Source: Pelagerythrobacter marensis
GTDB lineage: Bacteria > Pseudomonadota > Alphaproteobacteria > Sphingomonadales > Sphingomonadaceae
NCBI RefSeq assembly: GCF_001028625.1
Contig: NZ_CP011805.1
Coordinates: 792,498 to 824,497, forward strand
Length of the DNA stretch: 32,000 nucleotides
Direction of reading: 5' to 3'
Position numbers and translations under genes: made by a program. Each line of letters starts with the position of its first letter. Positions within the stretch are counted from its first letter, which is position 1. A model generated the notes under the pieces. It saw nothing but the letters and a program-made list of their open reading frames with translations, ran no database searches and was not told where the DNA came from. Shown here piece by piece: positions 1 to 8,134 of the stretch.

Positions 1-62
1 GTCTCGCGATCCCGCGTCAGGATCGATCCGCGGGTTCTGCGCATGGGCATGGGGGCATCGCA

Positions 63-1301
63 ATGAGCGCCGCCGATCGCGCCCCGACCGAGGGCCTGCC
101 CTTGCGCAAGATGCTGGCGAGGGGGCATTTCCGCCTGGTCATCCTGGCGGTCTTGCTTGCCGCAGTGACCTTGACCGTCAGCGGCGTCATGCTGATTCGC
201 AGCCACTCCGCTGCCAACGCGGTCCTTACGGCGCGCACCGTCAGCTACGCGGTCGAACCGGCCGTTCTGTTCGACGACGCAGGCGCGATAAGCGATGCGA
301 TCGAGACGATCGGTAATATCGGCGGCGCGGACCGCATCGTCGTCACCGACGCGCGCGGCAATCCGCTGGCGGACTGGGAAACCGATCATGACGGTCTCAC
401 CGGCTCGGTGGAAGCGCTTGTTTCCGGGGCACTCCGCGGGCCGGCCGTGGTCGTTCCGGTCGCAAGCGGGGGGCGGGAGATCGGATCGGTGACCGTGCAC
501 GGCAGCCTCGCCGATATGCTGCATTATGCAACGACCGGTTTCATCATCGCGCTGTGCTGCCTCGGCCTGACGATCATTGCCACACGCGTACTTGCCCGGC
601 GGCTGGAGGAAGCGGTCGTCGCTCCGCTGGAACATGTTGGCGAGATCGCCCATGCCGTTCGCGCCGATCGTACGTTCGGGCGTCGCGTTACTGTGTCGGG
701 AATTGCGGAGATCGACCGTTTCGCCCGAGATTTCAATGCATTGCTGGCTGAACTGCAAAGCTGGCACGAGGCGTTGTTGTCTGAAAATGTCGAACTCGCG
801 CGACGGGCGGAGCACGACGCGCTGACCGGGCTGGCCGGGCGGCGGCGGTTCGAACGCGATAGCCGGCATATTATCGAACGGGCCCGATCGGAGGGGACCT
901 CGTTTGCGGTCCTCTATCTCGATTGCAACGATTTCAAGGCCATCAACGACGATTTCGGCCACGACGTCGGCGACATGGTTCTGTGCGCGATTGCCGATCG
1001 TTTGCAGAACAGCGTTGGCGATTGCGGGCACATATATCGGTTCGGCGGCGACGAGTTCGCGGTGGTTCTGCCCCAGACCGGCGAGGAGACTTTCGTCAGC
1101 GACATTTGCGACAGCATCCGCGACGCGATGGCCGAACCTTTCACCCTGGCCTTGCGCAAGGAACGGCAGCTCAGCGTGAGCCTGGGGCGTGCGGTCTATC
1201 CGCGAGATGGCGACAACTGGCGCGAACTGCTGCGCGTGGCCGACAAACGCATGTATCAGGAGAAGAAGAATGTTCCGAGCGAACCGGTTGATGCGAGCTA
1301 G
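63..1301 (+). CDS. Membrane-bound diguanylate cyclase (TM - extracytoplasmic sensor segment - TM - HAMP-like linker - GGDEF)
   Basis: 412-aa ORF. Two hydrophobic helices (LVILAVLLAAVTLTVSGVML and GFIIALCCLGLTIIATRVL) flank a segment of about 130 aa. The C-terminal GGDEF domain has an intact RFGGDEFAVV motif and DALTGL upstream. No RxxD I-site at the usual position before GGDEF (sequence there is GDCG). Confidence 0.85.
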   Translation: MSAADRAPTEGLPLRKMLARGHFRLVILAVLLAAVTLTVSGVMLIRSHSAANAVLTARTVSYAVEPAVLFDDAGAISDAIETIGNIGGADRIVVTDARGNPLADWETDHDGLTGSVEALVSGALRGPAVVVPVASGGREIGSVTVHGSLADMLHYATTGFIIALCCLGLTIIATRVLARRLEEAVVAPLEHVGEIAHAVRADRTFGRRVTVSGIAEIDRFARDFNALLAELQSWHEALLSENVELARRAEHDALTGLAGRRRFERDSRHIIERARSEGTSFAVLYLDCNDFKAINDDFGHDVGDMVLCAIADRLQNSVGDCGHIYRFGGDEFAVVLPQTGEETFVSDICDSIRDAMAEPFTLALRKERQLSVSLGRAVYPRDGDNWRELLRVADKRMYQEKKNVPSEPVDAS

Positions 1302-1803
1302 TTTCCTTCGACTGCGCGTCTTGATCGTCGCTGTCGGCCTGGGCCTGGTCGCGGCCTGCCAAACCGTGCCCGCCCAGCCTGATTTCACACCCGAACAGGT
1401 GGCCGCGCTGGAAAAGGCCGGGTTCTCTCGCGAAGACGGCAACTATCTGCTGGGTATTCCTGATCGACTGCTGTTCGAATTCGACAGCTCCGAATTGTTG
1501 GCGGAACGGCGGGCGGCGTTGAGGGAGATGGCGACGGCGCTGTCGGATGTCGGCATTCTCGGAGCCCGGATCGAAGGACATACCGATTCTGTCGGAGCCG
1601 AAGACTACAATCAGGAACTGTCCTATCGACGGGCCGAAACTGTCATGCGGGCGCTCGCATCCGGTGGGATGGATGCTGGCGCCATGCAGGTTCTCGGGAT
1701 GGGGGAAACCGATCCCATCGATACCAACGAAACGGAAGCGGGCCGCAGCCAGAACCGCAGGGTTGTTATCATAGTCACCCCCACTGCCGTGCTTCCTGTG
1801 TGA
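1291..1803 (+). CDS. OmpA-family (peptidoglycan-binding) lipoprotein
   Basis: The ORF is open from 1189, but the ATG at 1291 gives a lipoprotein signal MRASFLRLRVLIVAVGLGLVAAC (lipobox LVAAC). C-terminal OmpA-like motifs: IEGHTDSVGAEDYNQELSYRRAETV and NRRVVIIV. Overlaps the cyclase stop by 11 nt. The ATG at 1270 is an alternative start. Confidence 0.8.
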   Translation: MRASFLRLRVLIVAVGLGLVAACQTVPAQPDFTPEQVAALEKAGFSREDGNYLLGIPDRLLFEFDSSELLAERRAALREMATALSDVGILGARIEGHTDSVGAEDYNQELSYRRAETVMRALASGGMDAGAMQVLGMGETDPIDTNETEAGRSQNRRVVIIVTPTAVLPV

Positions 1804-1914
1804 AAGAATGCAAAAGCGGCCTGCCCACGCGTTTGCATGTCAGGCACTTGCCAGCGGGGCCGGCGTTCATTAGGGCGAAAGCCAATTCCTAACCCCAATC
1901 CAAGAGGGCATAAC

Positions 1915-2151
1915 ATGAGCGATACCGCCGACCGCGTGCAGAAGATCGTTGTCGAGCATCTGGGCGTCGAAGCCGACAAGGTCACGCAGGATGCGAGCTT
2001 CATCGATGACCTGGGCGCTGACAGCCTCGACATCGTCGAGCTGGTAATGGCATTCGAAGAAGAATTCGGGGTCGAGATCCCGGACGATGCGGCCGAAAAG
2101 ATCACCACTGTCGGCGACGCGACGAAGTACATCGAAGAACACAAAGGCTAA
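1915..2151 (+). CDS. acpP: Acyl carrier protein
   Basis: 78 aa from the ATG at 1915 (AGAGGG Shine-Dalgarno at 1904-1909). Contains the phosphopantetheine-attachment motif [20 protein letters not shown]. The listed ORF start at 1837 is an upstream extension. Confidence 0.95.
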   Translation: MSDTADRVQKIVVEHLGVEADKVTQDASFIDDLGADSLDIVELVMAFEEEFGVEIPDDAAEKITTVGDATKYIEEHKG

Positions 2152-2156
2152 GCCGG

Positions 2157-2172
2157 CGGAAGGCCGCTTCCG
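2157..2172 (+). terminator. Hairpin just after acpP (CGGAAG-GCCG-CTTCCG), a possible attenuator or partial terminator
   Basis: Perfect 6-bp stem read directly from the sequence, 6 nt after the acpP stop. Only TT follows, so it is not a canonical intrinsic terminator. Confidence 0.25.
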
Positions 2173-2322
2173 TTCGCCTGATTCCTGCCCCGCAGCCGCG
2201 CAGGCAGGGAACGAGCGAAGGGAAGGGGCAGTTTCCGCATAGCCGGGAACGAGCAGGCTCAGCCCGGACGGGTTGGGCCTGTTGTTCTATCTGGCGGATT
2301 TATCGGATATTCGGAGATACAG

Positions 2323-3582
2323 ATGCGCCGTGTGGTCGTTACTGGATTGGGTCTTGTCACCCCGCTTGGCGGTGATGTCGAAACCACCTGGGCCAACCTG
2401 ATCGAGGGCAAGAGCGGGGCGGGAACCATCACCCGTTTCGATGCGAGCAACCAGAAGTGCACCATCGCCTGCGAGGTGAAGCCCAAGGATCACGCATGGG
2501 GTTTCGACCCCGACAAGCGTGTCGATCACAAGGTGCAGCGCCAGGTCGATCCCTTCATCGTCTATGGTATCGATGCCGCTGGTCAGGCGCTGGAAGATGC
2601 CGGTCTTGTCGAGATGGACGACGATCTGAAGCTGCGCACGGGCGTTTCGATTGGTTCGGGGATCGGCGGATTGCCGGGAATCGAAAGCGAATCGATCGTC
2701 CTGCACGAACGCGGACCTGGCCGGGTCTCCCCTCATTTTGTCCACGGTCGGCTGATCAACCTCATCAGTGGCCAGGTGTCGATCAAGTACGGGCTGATGG
2801 GCCCCAACCACGCCGTAGTTACTGCCTGCTCCACCGGCGCTCATTCGATCGGCGATGCCGCGCGGATGATCCGCGATGGCGATGCCGACGTGATGTTGGC
2901 GGGCGGTGCGGAATCGACCATCAACCCCCTCGGCGTTGCCGGCTTCGCGCAGGCGCGTGCTCTCAATATGAGCATGAACGACAACCCGGAGAAGGCGAGC
3001 CGCCCTTACGACCGTGATCGCGATGGTTTCGTTATGGGCGAGGGGGCCGGCGTGGTCGTGCTCGAAGAATACGAACATGCCAAGGCACGCGGCGCGAAAA
3101 TTTATGCCGAAGTGGTCGGATACGGTCTTTCGGGTGACGCCTACCACGTGACCGCGCCCCATCCCGAAGGGAAGGGCGCCGAACTGGCCATGCGCATGGC
3201 GATCAAGAAGGCGGGGCTGGGCGAAGGCGACATCGATTATGTCAATGCCCACGGAACGTCCACGATGGCCGATACGATTGAACTCGGCGCGGTGAAGCGC
3301 GTTCTGGGGGATGATCTTGGCGGTGCCTCGATGTCGAGCACGAAATCGGCCATTGGTCACCTTCTGGGCGGCGCCGGTGCGGTGGAGAGCATTTTCTGTA
3401 TCCTTGCGATCCGCGATCAGATCGTCCCGCCGACGCTCAATCTAGACAACCCGGACGAGGGCACCGAAGGCGTCGACCTGGTCCCCCACAACGCAAAGAA
3501 GCGTGAAGTTTCTGCCGTGCTGAACAACAGTTTCGGTTTCGGCGGTACCAACGCCAGCCTGGTGATGAAGAAGGTCGACTGA
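2323..3582 (+). CDS. fabF: Beta-ketoacyl-ACP synthase II
   Basis: 419 aa. Active-site Cys context ACSTGAHSIGDA, His motifs NAHGTSTMADTIE and KSAIGHLLGGAG, C-terminal NSFGFGGTNASLV. Conserved acpP-fabF synteny. Confidence 0.95.
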   Translation: MRRVVVTGLGLVTPLGGDVETTWANLIEGKSGAGTITRFDASNQKCTIACEVKPKDHAWGFDPDKRVDHKVQRQVDPFIVYGIDAAGQALEDAGLVEMDDDLKLRTGVSIGSGIGGLPGIESESIVLHERGPGRVSPHFVHGRLINLISGQVSIKYGLMGPNHAVVTACSTGAHSIGDAARMIRDGDADVMLAGGAESTINPLGVAGFAQARALNMSMNDNPEKASRPYDRDRDGFVMGEGAGVVVLEEYEHAKARGAKIYAEVVGYGLSGDAYHVTAPHPEGKGAELAMRMAIKKAGLGEGDIDYVNAHGTSTMADTIELGAVKRVLGDDLGGASMSSTKSAIGHLLGGAGAVESIFCILAIRDQIVPPTLNLDNPDEGTEGVDLVPHNAKKREVSAVLNNSFGFGGTNASLVMKKVD

Positions 3583-3583
3583 C

Positions 3584-4555
3584 ATGCGGCGCAAGGGCTG
3601 CCTGGCCATCGCGGTGCTTGGCGCCCTTGCGCTGTTGGCTGCCGTGTTCGGGGCCAGGTTCGCCTTCGGCAATGCTCAGGTGGAGGAGGAAACGGCGTTT
3701 ATCGTTCCCTCCGGCTCGACGCTGACCGCTGTCGCGCACAAGCTGGAAAACGAGGGCCTGATCACTTCGGCGGACGGGTTTCTCCTCCGAGCGAAGCTGT
3801 TTGGCGGGTCCGATCCAATCCAGGCGGGGGAATTCCTGCTGCCGGCCGGTATCGGAATGGGCGGCATTCTCGATACTTTCCAGCAAGGCGACGTAATCCG
3901 GCGCTTCATCACCATTCCCGAGGGCACCCCCTCGATATTGATCCATGAAAGGCTGATAGCGGAACCGCTTCTGACCGGAGAGATCCCGGTACCGGAAGAA
4001 GGGTCGGTGCTGCCCGACACCTACGATTTCGAGCGGGGGGAAGCACGCACCGCGGTGCTGGCGCGAATGCAGGCCGCCATGCGTAACTATCTGGCCGAGG
4101 CCTGGCCCCGCAGAGGCCCTGATATTGCGGTCGACACCGTGGAAGAGGCGGTGACGCTGGCTTCGATCGTGGAGAAGGAAACCGCGCTCCCCAGCGAACG
4201 CAGGATGGTCGCGGGCCTTTATTCGAACCGGTTGAAGCAGGGCATGTACCTTCAGGCGGACCCGACGATCATATATCCGATAACCCGTGGGAGGCCGCTG
4301 GGCCGCAGAATCCGCCAGTCGGAGATCGCGGCGGTCAACGACTACAACACCTATGCCATGGCCGGGCTGCCGAAAGGCCCGATCACCAATCCCGGCCGCG
4401 AAAGCATTGCAGCCGTACTCGATCCGGCGACGACCGACGCGCTTTATATGGTGGCGGATGGCACCGGCGGGCACGAGTTCAACGCCGACTACGCCGCGCA
4501 TCAGGATGCGGTGGACAAGTGGTTCGATCTTCGCCGGAAACGCGGGGAAATGTGA
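3584..4555 (+). CDS. mltG: Endolytic murein transglycosylase MltG (YceG-like)
   Basis: 323 aa. N-terminal membrane anchor, catalytic-region motif LASIVEKETA, then YNTYAMAGLPKGPITNPG. Starts 1 nt after the fabF stop. Confidence 0.9.
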   Translation: MRRKGCLAIAVLGALALLAAVFGARFAFGNAQVEEETAFIVPSGSTLTAVAHKLENEGLITSADGFLLRAKLFGGSDPIQAGEFLLPAGIGMGGILDTFQQGDVIRRFITIPEGTPSILIHERLIAEPLLTGEIPVPEEGSVLPDTYDFERGEARTAVLARMQAAMRNYLAEAWPRRGPDIAVDTVEEAVTLASIVEKETALPSERRMVAGLYSNRLKQGMYLQADPTIIYPITRGRPLGRRIRQSEIAAVNDYNTYAMAGLPKGPITNPGRESIAAVLDPATTDALYMVADGTGGHEFNADYAAHQDAVDKWFDLRRKRGEM

Positions 4556-5091
4556 CCGGGGCGCTGATCGTGACGGCCGAGCTGCCGCCCGATCTTCACC
4601 GTTGGGCGACCCGGCTGCGCAGCACACATTATCCGCCGGATCGCAACGTGCTGGAAGCACACGTCACGCTGTTCCATGCGCTGCCCCCGGGCGCCGAAGC
4701 CGAGATGAGCGGACGCCTCGCCAGCATGACGGCGGAATACGCACCGGTTCCGGCACTTCTGGACGGTATTATGTCTTTGGGCGGGGGGACAGCGCTACGC
4801 CTGGTCAGCCCCGGTATGCTCATGCTGCGCCGCCAGCTTGCGGAGGAACTGCACGGTCTGCTGTCTGCTCAGGATCAGGCGGAGCCGAGGTTGCACATCA
4901 CGGTCCAGAACAAGGTTTCGAACCGCGTGGCAAAGGAATTGCAGATGGCGCTGATGGCCCAGATCGAACCGCGCGAATTCCGCTTTACCGGCCTTGCCAT
5001 GCACCGATATCGCGGTGGTCCGTGGGATCTGGTGCGGCGATGGCCGTTCCGGGGAAAAAGCGAGGTTGACCGGGCCTCAAGCCGGCCCTAA
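4552..5091 (+). CDS. 2H phosphoesterase / 2'-5' RNA ligase family protein
   Basis: Two H-x-T/S motifs typical of the 2H superfamily (HVTLFHAL and LHITVQNK). A GTG at 4552 overlaps the mltG stop (GTGA). A GTG at 4519 is the alternative start, so the start is uncertain. Confidence 0.65.
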   Translation: MTGALIVTAELPPDLHRWATRLRSTHYPPDRNVLEAHVTLFHALPPGAEAEMSGRLASMTAEYAPVPALLDGIMSLGGGTALRLVSPGMLMLRRQLAEELHGLLSAQDQAEPRLHITVQNKVSNRVAKELQMALMAQIEPREFRFTGLAMHRYRGGPWDLVRRWPFRGKSEVDRASSRP

Positions 5092-5101
5092 ATGCGCCGC
5101 C

Positions 5102-5123
5102 TGTCCTTGCTTCGGCAAGGGCA
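5102..5123 (+). other. Stem-loop with a UUCG tetraloop between the 2H gene and the tRNA
   Basis: tgtCCTTGC-TTCG-GCAAGGgca gives a 9-bp stem including one G-U pair. No U-run follows. Function (terminator, processing site) is unknown. Confidence 0.25.
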
Positions 5124-5158
5124 CGCCGAGCTCGCTTCGCGATCGGCAATGCCCATGG

Positions 5159-5235
5159 GGCGGAGTAGCTCAGGTGGTTAGAGCAGCGGAATCATAATCC
5201 GCGTGTCGGGGGTTCAAGTCCCTCCTCCGCTACCA
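5159..5235 (+). tRNA. tRNA with CAT anticodon: elongator tRNA-Met, or tRNA-Ile2 if C34 is lysidinylated
   Basis: A 77-nt cloverleaf folds by hand: acceptor GGCGGAG/CTCCGCT (G1-U72), D arm GCTC-AGGTGGTTA-GAGC, anticodon arm GCGGA-ATCATAA-TCCGC, variable GTGTC, T arm GGGGG-TTCAAGT-CCCTC, A73, encoded CCA. It lacks the initiator hallmarks (a mismatched 1:72 pair and three G-C pairs closing the anticodon stem). Confidence 0.85.
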
Positions 5236-5265
5236 TAACGCATTGATAGCCACTGCGCACCGCGT

Positions 5266-5904
5266 TCAGACGAAGGTCCACGGCGTGAAGGCCGTGATGA
5301 CGACGAAATGGGCCACGATGGCCCCGAGCAGGATGGCGGCCCAGCGGCGCGATTTGACGAAGGGCATGGCCAGCAGGATCAACGTGCCGAATATATCGGT
5401 CAGGTCGACAAGCTGGATCATCCACGCGGGCGCGTCGATCTCACGCTCTTGCGAGAAAACCTTGTATCCAATTTCGACCAGGACCCCGATCGCGATTATG
5501 CCGACCCAGATGAAGCGGCGATGTGCCATGTAGTACTCGTCAAAATCGGGCCATGTCTCGGGCTCGTCAGGCCAGAGCGCAGCGCTGATCAGGTAATACC
5601 AGCCAATAACGGCGAGCACGCAGACGAGGCTCAACAGGTGGAGTGGGACATTGCCCTGCACCTCGTACATGAACAGCCAGAAGGTGGCTTGGTGGAACAG
5701 TACGACCGCTGCGGACAGCGGCACCAGCCAGCCGATCCTCACCTGCTGCATTGAGCTGTTCGTATCTGAATAGCTCGAGGTAGATCGACTATGACGGATG
5801 CGGCTACGCAGTTTGAAGGCGCGGACGTAGCCCGCCAGAACCTCGGTCATGGTGAGACCCAAGAGTAACGTAAACAGTTCAAATGTAATATCGAATTCGG
5901 TCAT
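5266..5904 (-). CDS. Hypothetical integral membrane protein (about 6 predicted TM helices), no family recognised
   Basis: 212-aa ORF and the only long ORF in this segment. It has repeated hydrophobic stretches and a Ser/Thr/Arg-rich loop (RSRIRHSRSTSSYSDTNSS). The 5' third is visibly more AT-rich than the surrounding genes. Confidence 0.55.
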   Translation of the reverse strand: MTEFDITFELFTLLLGLTMTEVLAGYVRAFKLRSRIRHSRSTSSYSDTNSSMQQVRIGWLVPLSAAVVLFHQATFWLFMYEVQGNVPLHLLSLVCVLAVIGWYYLISAALWPDEPETWPDFDEYYMAHRRFIWVGIIAIGVLVEIGYKVFSQEREIDAPAWMIQLVDLTDIFGTLILLAMPFVKSRRWAAILLGAIVAHFVVITAFTPWTFV

Positions 5905-5965
5905 ACACCCCCGTCGAAGCTGGAGGTTAGGCCTTGCGCGGGCCCAAAGTCCAGCTTCTCGGCAG

Positions 5966-6017
5966 GAGCGGCCGATTACAATTCGCGTGTCAGGGGCGAA
6001 CCCCTCCCTCCGCTAAC
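5966..6017 (+). repeat. Degenerate direct copy of the 3' half of the tRNA(CAT) gene (pseudo-tRNA fragment, att-like remnant)
   Basis: 5980-5996 aattcgcgtgtcagggg matches tRNA 5196-5212 aatccgcgtgtcggggg at 15/17 positions. 6002-6015 ccctccctccgcta matches tRNA ccctcctccgcta with one extra c. The T-loop is partly deleted, so the copy cannot fold as a tRNA. Confidence 0.55.
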
Positions 6018-6038
6018 ACTGCCAGTATGGCTCGCAGG

Positions 6039-7835
6039 TTACTTGGGCTTGCCTGCAGGGGCGGGCTTGGGGCCCTTGCCCCGCTTACCGCCCTTGTCGG
6101 GGTGCGGGCGGTCCTTGCCCTTGTTTCGTTCGAACTTCTTTCCGCCGGGTCGAGCTTTCGCGCGAGGGCCTCCGCCCTTGTCGTGAGAGTGATGGCGCTT
6201 GCGGTTACCTTTCGCGGCATCGCGAGGTCCGGATTCGGACAGCTCAATCGTCACCGGTTCATCATCGTCGTCGCTCAACACCGTTCTTGCAGCGGCGTCG
6301 GCGAATTTCTCCGCAATATTGCGCGGAATCTGAAAATAGGTTTCGTCCGGCCCGATACGAATGGCGCCGATTTCGTTTCGCGTGATATGGCCGCGGCGGC
6401 AAAGCAGGGGCAGAATCCAGCGGGGATCGGCATTCCGACGACGCCCGATGTCCATGCGAAACCACACCACGTCCTCGAAACCGGGACGGTGGCGTTCCTT
6501 CTGCGCCTCTCGCCGGGCTTCGGGGGTGTTGGCGATCAGATCTTCCGGCTCAGGCATCTTCGAGCGATGAGAATGGACGAGCATCGCCGCAATTTCTGCC
6601 GGAGACCGCTCGGCCAACAGGCGATCGGCTAGCTCGCGATCGCCGTCGTCGATGTCGACCGGTTCCATCAGTTTTTCCAGCAGCCGATCGCGATCCCGCG
6701 ATCTGATCGCATCCCTGTCAGGCGCATCAATCCATTCCGCGGCGATCCGGGCGTGGCGCAGCATGGTTTCGACGCGTCTGCGCCGGGAAAATGGGACGAT
6801 GAGGACCGCCGTCCCCTTTCTTCCGGCGCGTCCGGTGCGTCCGGAGCGGTGTTGCAGGGTCTCTGCGTCGCGGGGTATCTCGACATGGACCACCAGGCTT
6901 AGCGACGGCAGGTCAATACCGCGCGCCGCCACGTCAGTCGCAACGCAAACTCGCGCCCGGCGATCGCGCAGTGCCTGAAGCGCCTGGTTTCGTTCCGACT
7001 GGGAATGCTCACCCGACAGCGCAACCACGGCAAACCCCCGTTCCCGAAGGGTGGCGTGCAGATGCCGGACCTTTTCGCGGGTAGCGCAAAACAGGATCGC
7101 GGTGTCGGCTTCGTGATAGCGCAGGAGATTGACGACAGCGTTTTCGATTTCAGGCGGTGAGACGGTAACCGCCTGATAGGAAATGTCGCCGTGCCCCCGG
7201 CTGTCCCCCACCGTCGCGATGCGCAGGGCATCGCGCTGGTAGCGGCGGGCGAGAGCTTCGATCGGGCGCGGCATGGTCGCCGAAAACAGCAATGTCCGCC
7301 GCGTTTGCGGCGTGGCATCGAGGATTTCTTCCAGTTCCTCGCGAAAGCCCATGTCCAGCATCTCGTCGGCTTCGTCGAGGACCACGGCGGCTAGTTGGGA
7401 CAGGTCGAGCGCACCGCGTTCCAGATGATCGCGCAGGCGGCCCGGCGTGCCGACCACGATGGTCGCCCCGGCACGCAATGCGCTGCGTTCCTGCGACGGG
7501 TTCATCCCGCCCACGCAGGTCGCGATCCGGGCGCCAGTCTTTCCGTACAGCCACGCGAGCTCGCGACTGACCTGCAATGCCAGTTCCCTGGTTGGTGCGA
7601 TCACCAGAGCAAGCGGGGCGCTGGCGGGAGGGACGAGATCGTTCGTGCCGAGCAGTTCGGCCGCCATCGCGAGTCCGAAAGCGATGGTCTTGCCCGAACC
7701 AGTCTGGGCCGAGACGACGAGGTCCCGTCCGTGGGCTTCCGGTTGGAGAACTTCGGCCTGTACCGGAGTGGCGGTTTCATATCCGCGTTCTTGAAGAGCG
7801 GATTCGAGGCTTGGGGGGAGATCAGGAAATGTCAT
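6039..7835 (-). CDS. DEAD-box ATP-dependent RNA helicase with a DbpA-like RNA-binding domain and a basic C-terminal tail
   Basis: 598 aa. Motifs AQTGSGKT, PTRELA, VLDEADEMLD, SAT, HRSGRTGRAG. A C-terminal DbpA-like segment (WFRMDIGRRRNADPRWILPLLCRRGHITRNEIGAIRI) is followed by a Lys/Gly/Pro-rich tail. Confidence 0.9.
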   Translation of the reverse strand: MTFPDLPPSLESALQERGYETATPVQAEVLQPEAHGRDLVVSAQTGSGKTIAFGLAMAAELLGTNDLVPPASAPLALVIAPTRELALQVSRELAWLYGKTGARIATCVGGMNPSQERSALRAGATIVVGTPGRLRDHLERGALDLSQLAAVVLDEADEMLDMGFREELEEILDATPQTRRTLLFSATMPRPIEALARRYQRDALRIATVGDSRGHGDISYQAVTVSPPEIENAVVNLLRYHEADTAILFCATREKVRHLHATLRERGFAVVALSGEHSQSERNQALQALRDRRARVCVATDVAARGIDLPSLSLVVHVEIPRDAETLQHRSGRTGRAGRKGTAVLIVPFSRRRRVETMLRHARIAAEWIDAPDRDAIRSRDRDRLLEKLMEPVDIDDGDRELADRLLAERSPAEIAAMLVHSHRSKMPEPEDLIANTPEARREAQKERHRPGFEDVVWFRMDIGRRRNADPRWILPLLCRRGHITRNEIGAIRIGPDETYFQIPRNIAEKFADAAARTVLSDDDDEPVTIELSESGPRDAAKGNRKRHHSHDKGGGPRAKARPGGKKFERNKGKDRPHPDKGGKRGKGPKPAPAGKPK

Positions 7836-8134
7836 GGCACCGGCTTGTATGAAGAGGGGGCACGCAGAAGCGCTGCAATGGCAGGATTGCGCCTGAAATT
7901 GGGGAGAAACGCAAATCGCCTGCGTGTTTCACTGCGCCCCATAGGCCCACACACGGCGTTTGGCTTCCCAAAAATGCGATAAGGTCTGCGGACGGTGGGA
8001 TTCTCCTCCGAGCCGGGGGTGGTTCGGGGGCGAGATCGGGCCAGATTTCAGCCGCATCGACTGCCGGACTTATGGGCACAAGCAATCGTATTCGGGTTTG
8101 ACGCGCGAGTTCGCTCGATTAAGACCCGAGGCGG

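Noticed and set aside
1-66. Possible 3' end of an upstream plus-strand gene ending in an ATGA overlap with the cyclase start
   Set aside because: Only 21 codons are visible, too little to support a feature call. It is mentioned in the cyclase finding as something to check with more sequence.
2287-4660. Minus-strand ORFs of 357 aa and 407 aa antisense to fabF and mltG
   Set aside because: Shadow ORFs. The plus-strand frames encode textbook FabF and MltG motifs.
5159-5235. Possibility that the CAT-anticodon tRNA is the initiator tRNA-fMet
   Set aside because: Position 1:72 is a G-U pair rather than the C-A mismatch, and the anticodon stem (GCGGA/TCCGC) lacks the three consecutive G-C pairs. 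It must therefore be elongator Met or Ile2, which sequence alone cannot distinguish.
5236-5965. Calling the tRNA-flanked segment a bona fide mobile element or genomic island
   Set aside because: There is no integrase, excisionase, transposase or terminal inverted repeats, and only one ORF. It is reported as a finding (possible remnant) rather than annotated as a mobile element.
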